From: an uncultured Acidobacteriota bacterium
GTDB lineage: Bacteria > Acidobacteriota > UBA6911
DNA: 64,000 nt
Direction of reading: 5' to 3'
Assembly (NCBI GenBank): GCA_963809485.1
Contig: CAWEJX010000020.1
Location: forward strand, 672,001-736,000
Shown here: positions 60,430-64,000 of the stretch, piece after piece
How positions within the stretch are numbered: position 1 is the first letter of the stretch
How the letters are laid out: every line of letters begins with the position of its first letter
Made by a program: the position numbers and the translations under genes
The notes under the pieces: generated by a model
Told to the model about the DNA's origin: nothing
The model's database searches: none
Seen by the model: only the letters and a program-made list of their open reading frames with translations

Positions 60430-60445
60430 CCGGATCGCATCCAGG

Positions 60446-61963
60446 TCATCCTGCTTTGCCTCCCTGATAGCGGATACGGCGCACTACGCGGACACCGCAG
60501 CGCCAGTCCTCGTTTATGGATACTTTCCATACCTCCAGAGCCGGATCCAGATAACCAAGCATCGATTCCGTAGAATCGTGGAAGGAAAAAACCGGAGACA
60601 CCAGGTAAATCCTGGGATGATTCCGGTTCAGGCGTATTTCGGAAAAATACCCGCGGCGTTCAAAGTCTCCATTTTCGTTGTGCTGTATCACACGTCCCCA
60701 GTAATCCAGAGCCTGCAGCGGAAGATCCGGATCGGCGTCGACTTTTAGCTCCAGGACGATAAGGGTTCCCTGGCGATCCGCACTCAGGATATCTACCCGG
60801 CCCGGATTTGCCCCCAGATAAACGGGGATCTGGGAATAGACGGATTCACTCGCTATCTCAGGAAAAAGTCGCGGCATATCCTCAAGAATCATCGCTTCGA
60901 GCCACCTCTCCGCCTGCAGCCGGTAATAGGGATGCCTCATATCGGGACTGTCCGCCCTGCGGAAATAAATTATCGAACGGACCAGAGAGCTGAGGCCATC
61001 AAAACTGCCGTCTGTCAGCTCTTCCCGCTGATCCCCGACCCCAAAGAATATCCGGTCCCGTTGGGGGCCCATCACCTGGGCGAATTCCAGCCCCCAGAGC
61101 CGGAGCGAATCATAATCCTGGAAACGGGGATACCGACGGATGAGAGAAGGCGCCAGGTTCAGCACCTTTTCCAGCAGCGGACTCCATCGAAAGGGACCCA
61201 GCACGGGCCAGCGGAAATCTTTGTTCTCCTCGGCCCGGAGAGGCACCGGAGCTTTGCGGATGTCCGGCGCTTCCCCTGCCGCATCCCGATACTCCCAAAC
61301 TTCCGTACGGACTTTTCCCCCATCCAGATACCGGCACCGGTGCCAGACAATGGCGGAACCGCCAACAGGTACGAGAAGATGCATGCCTGGCGGAGTTTTG
61401 AGACGTTTCGCGGAGTTCAAATAACTGAGCCACAAGAGCGCCTGCCCAAGAATCAACGGAGCGGATCCGCTGTCATCCGCCGCGACCAGCAGCCAGTCTT
61501 TTCCCCGGTGACGAAAGTGGATGCGCAGGAAAAGGCCGGACAGCGTTCGGGCCAGGTCCGCCCTCCTGCTCCTATGCACAATTTGATGCCCGGCAAACTT
61601 CCCTCTCAGCCAGGATTGGACCAGGCTCCATAATGCAGCAGAATCCACCCGGAGCGGCACCGCAAAGGATTGCCAGCAAACATCGAATGGGGCCGGCACG
61701 GGATTTTGGGCGCTGGAAAGGAGTATGCGCAGGCCCCACGGTTTTGGTATTGCGGACAGTACGGTAAAATTCTCTCTCTCCCCCTGAAACCGGAAATAAA
61801 TCTTGCTTCCCGACTGCTTCCACCGGGGATCCACCGACTGCCAGCAGCCCAGGTCCTGCGAGCGCCATCGAATATGAGCCATTTCCGCTTTATCTTTGGC
61901 AATTTCCATGAGCGCCAGCGTTTTCTGCAGGCGTATCCCGATCCCCATGCCTTTGCCCCCCAT
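60446..61963 (-). CDS. Hypothetical protein with a C-terminal PD-(D/E)XK (NucS-like) nuclease motif
   Basis: ERWLE...YSQIP...RVDIL..D..G.L.VLELK...LQALDYW; start codon uncertain (61963, 61948 or 61910). Confidence 0.7.
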   Translation of the reverse strand: MGGKGMGIGIRLQKTLALMEIAKDKAEMAHIRWRSQDLGCWQSVDPRWKQSGSKIYFRFQGERENFTVLSAIPKPWGLRILLSSAQNPVPAPFDVCWQSFAVPLRVDSAALWSLVQSWLRGKFAGHQIVHRSRRADLARTLSGLFLRIHFRHRGKDWLLVAADDSGSAPLILGQALLWLSYLNSAKRLKTPPGMHLLVPVGGSAIVWHRCRYLDGGKVRTEVWEYRDAAGEAPDIRKAPVPLRAEENKDFRWPVLGPFRWSPLLEKVLNLAPSLIRRYPRFQDYDSLRLWGLEFAQVMGPQRDRIFFGVGDQREELTDGSFDGLSSLVRSIIYFRRADSPDMRHPYYRLQAERWLEAMILEDMPRLFPEIASESVYSQIPVYLGANPGRVDILSADRQGTLIVLELKVDADPDLPLQALDYWGRVIQHNENGDFERRGYFSEIRLNRNHPRIYLVSPVFSFHDSTESMLGYLDPALEVWKVSINEDWRCGVRVVRRIRYQGGKAG

Positions 61964-62072
61964 CGGTTGTGTAGTTTTGAGCGAAGGCTGCTTATTTCAG
62001 CAAAAATGCCGCAAGGTCAATGACAGTCGATTCTTTCGAGCAGAAATAGGGGATTACCAGTTTATTTATGGC

Positions 62073-62396
62073 TTATCCGGCTTCCTTAAGTGAGGAGCGG
62101 ATCCAGGCCAGATAGTCGGCATCGCCGTTTGAGATCGGCAGCGCGATCACCTCCGGAACCCGGTAAGTGTGCAGCAGGCGGATTCTGGCACGGACCGTTT
62201 CAAATTTTTCCGATGTGGATTTTATGAGGATCAGGAATTCCCCCTCGTTGCACACTTTGCCTTCCCAGCGGTAGATGGAGCGGATTCCGGGCACGATATT
62301 GACACATGCAGCTTCCCGCGCCTCAACCAGCGCCAACGCGATTTCCTGCGCCAGACTGAGCGTGTCAGCAGTGCTCAGAACCAGTATCTCATTCAT
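62073..62396 (-). CDS. cutA: Divalent-cation tolerance protein CutA
   Basis: AACVNI.PGI.SIY.WEG...E..LIK...H.Y.VPE.I. Confidence 0.95.
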   Translation of the reverse strand: MNEILVLSTADTLSLAQEIALALVEAREAACVNIVPGIRSIYRWEGKVCNEGEFLILIKSTSEKFETVRARIRLLHTYRVPEVIALPISNGDADYLAWIRSSLKEAG

Positions 62397-62507
62397 ATTT
62401 GCATCCCCGGTGATAATTGTTTGCATCCAATGGCGGCCAAAAGTATTATGCCGGAGTACGGCCAAATCAGACAGCGGTTATCAAAGCATCGGCGTCAGGA
62501 GAGGATC

Positions 62508-62807
62508 ATGGCGGCCCCCCAACGGATATCGCACAAAAAGGAACTCTATTACATACTTTGCATTGCTGCCGTTGTGCTCATTCTTCTCTTCAGCTTCCTG
62601 GGTCCCGGGGGATATGTCGAGCTGCGCAAGGCGCGCCTGGAATTGCAGGAGCAGAGTGACCGCGTCGAGGACATTAAGCGACGCAACAACGAGCACCGAA
62701 AAACCATCGAGGAATTGAGGTCCAACAAGGATGCGCTGGAAAAGCATGCCCGCCGGAAAGGCTACGCCCGGGAGGATGAGATCATTCAGCAGCTTCCCGA
62801 GGAATGA
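62508..62807 (+). CDS. ftsB: Septum formation initiator (FtsB/DivIC family)
   Basis: Single TM, coiled coil, LE..AR..GY....E; RBS AGGAG. Confidence 0.85.
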   Translation: MAAPQRISHKKELYYILCIAAVVLILLFSFLGPGGYVELRKARLELQEQSDRVEDIKRRNNEHRKTIEELRSNKDALEKHARRKGYAREDEIIQQLPEE

Positions 62808-62827
62808 TTCTGCTGATTTCCTGATCG

Positions 62828-62855
62828 CGAATCTCGAATTTTGAATCCCGAATTC
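62828..62855. repeat. Heptameric CGAATYY tandem repeat
   Basis: CGAATCT CGAATTT TGAATCC CGAATTC. Confidence 0.55.
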
Positions 62856-62861
62856 GCCCTA

Positions 62862-62900
62862 GTCAAGCACCTCCGGCAAAGCCGGAGGCTTACCAATGTA
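62862..62900 (-). mobile_element. 39-bp minimal form of the IS200-type element (both tips, one hairpin), copy 4
   Basis: GTCAAGCACCTCCGGCAAAGCCGGAGGCTTACCAATGTA = right-end tip and hairpin fused to the left-end tip; adjacent ATTA holds the pyrC stop. Confidence 0.75.
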
Positions 62901-62901
62901 A

Positions 62902-64000
62902 TTACAGGCTCCAGACAACCTTCCCCTTCACCACGGTCATCGCCGGGCCGCCTACCAGCTTCCAGCCTTCAAAAGGGGTATTGCGGCTGCGTGAGCAGAA
63001 TTCGCCGGCATGCACTTCCCAGCTGAGCTCGGGATCAAGGACGGTAATGTCGGCCCAGGAGCCTTTGGCCAGAGTCCCCCGCTGCAGTTTGAGTATGCGG
63101 GCCGGATTGGTTGAGAAAAGCTGCACGAAACGCTCCAGGGTGAGGGTCCCCGGCCGCACGAAACGGTCGTAGATCAGGCTGACGGCTGTCTCGAGGCCAA
63201 CGATGCCGAAGGGAGCGCGGTCGTACTCGAGCATTTTGTCATTGATGTTGTGAGGCGCGTGGTCGGTGGCGATGACATCGATATCCCCGGAGGCGATTCC
63301 CTTCACCAGGGCGTCCACATCGTCCCGCGAGCGGAGAGGCGGATTTATCTTGGTGTTGGTGTCATAGGTCGACACCATGGCATCCGTCAAAAGAAGGTGA
63401 TGCGGCGTTGCTTCGCACGTAAGGGGGATCCGGTCTTCCTTCCTGGCTCGCACGACCGCATTGAGGGAGCGCCGCGTGGACAAATGGGCGATATGCACCT
63501 GGGCACCGGTCTGTTGAGCAAGGATGGCGTCCCGGATGACGTGCAGTTCCTCCGCGGCCGGATTCATTCCCCGCAACCCGAGCACGGTCGAGTAATACCC
63601 CTCGTGCATCACGCCGCCGGCCGCCAGGTCCCTGTCCTCACAATGATCGATGACAGGCAGGCCGAACAGCCGCGAATATTCCATGGCGCGCCGCATGACC
63701 TGGCTGTCCTGCACGGGGTGACCATCGTCGCTGACCGCGACGATTCCCGCCCGGTACATCTCCCCGATCTCCGCGAGGGTTTTGCCCTGGCTGCCTTTGG
63801 TGATGGCCCCGACCGGATACACAGCGGACTTGGAAACATCCCGGGCCCTGTCCAGGATGAAGGCAGTGACGGCCTCGGAATCGTTCACGGGCTGTGTGTT
63901 CGGCATGCAGGCGACGCCGGTATAGCCTCCGCGGGCCGCGGCGTTGACGCCTGTTTCAATCGTTTCGGCGTCTTCGCGCCCGGGCTCTCGCAGGTGGGCG
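62902..64000 (-). CDS. pyrC: Dihydroorotase (multifunctional-complex type); 5'-truncated by window edge
   Basis: HLREPG (window edge), MPNT.PV.D, SDDG, HCED, HIAH.S, E.TPHH, K.NPPLR, ATDHAPH, S.NTPF. Confidence 0.95.
   Translation of the reverse strand, partial: AHLREPGREDAETIETGVNAAARGGYTGVACMPNTQPVNDSEAVTAFILDRARDVSKSAVYPVGAITKGSQGKTLAEIGEMYRAGIVAVSDDGHPVQDSQVMRRAMEYSRLFGLPVIDHCEDRDLAAGGVMHEGYYSTVLGLRGMNPAAEELHVIRDAILAQQTGAQVHIAHLSTRRSLNAVVRARKEDRIPLTCEATPHHLLLTDAMVSTYDTNTKINPPLRSRDDVDALVKGIASGDIDVIATDHAPHNINDKMLEYDRAPFGIVGLETAVSLIYDRFVRPGTLTLERFVQLFSTNPARILKLQRGTLAKGSWADITVLDPELSWEVHAGEFCSRSRNTPFEGWKLVGGPAMTVVKGKVVWSL

Overview
Moderately GC-rich bacterial chromosomal segment. Gene content and style suggest an anaerobic Acidobacteriota-like organism (inferred, not proven). 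It is mostly housekeeping and accessory metabolism: anaerobic sulfatase maturase plus a Tat sulfatase, an archaeal-type DNA topoisomerase VI operon (top6B-top6A), a stand-alone murG(HEAT-fusion)-mraY-murJ lipid-II module outside any dcw cluster, gpmA, a radical SAM enzyme, a wHTH-STAND-TPR regulator, hypABFCDE, an SgmX-like TPR protein, ffh-rpsP-khpA-rimM-trmD-rplS, selB, tatA, cutA, ftsB and pyrC. No rRNA, tRNA, CRISPR array or transposase gene was seen. The non-coding DNA holds a family of non-autonomous IS200/IS605-type elements: two full copies of about 375-400 bp carrying a nested long-hairpin cargo, one left-end fragment and one 39-bp minimal form. Their ends fit the guide/cleavage pairing rule (TAAA with TAAT/TAGT; CAAG with TGAC), so they can land directly after stop codons. 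Several short-period palindromic repeat families also occur. A dense cluster of single-base indels at about 46.9-49.7 kb (hypD, hypE, MFS, B3/4 gene) and one in nmrA look like long-read consensus errors. All protein family calls rest on motif recognition only; no searches were run.
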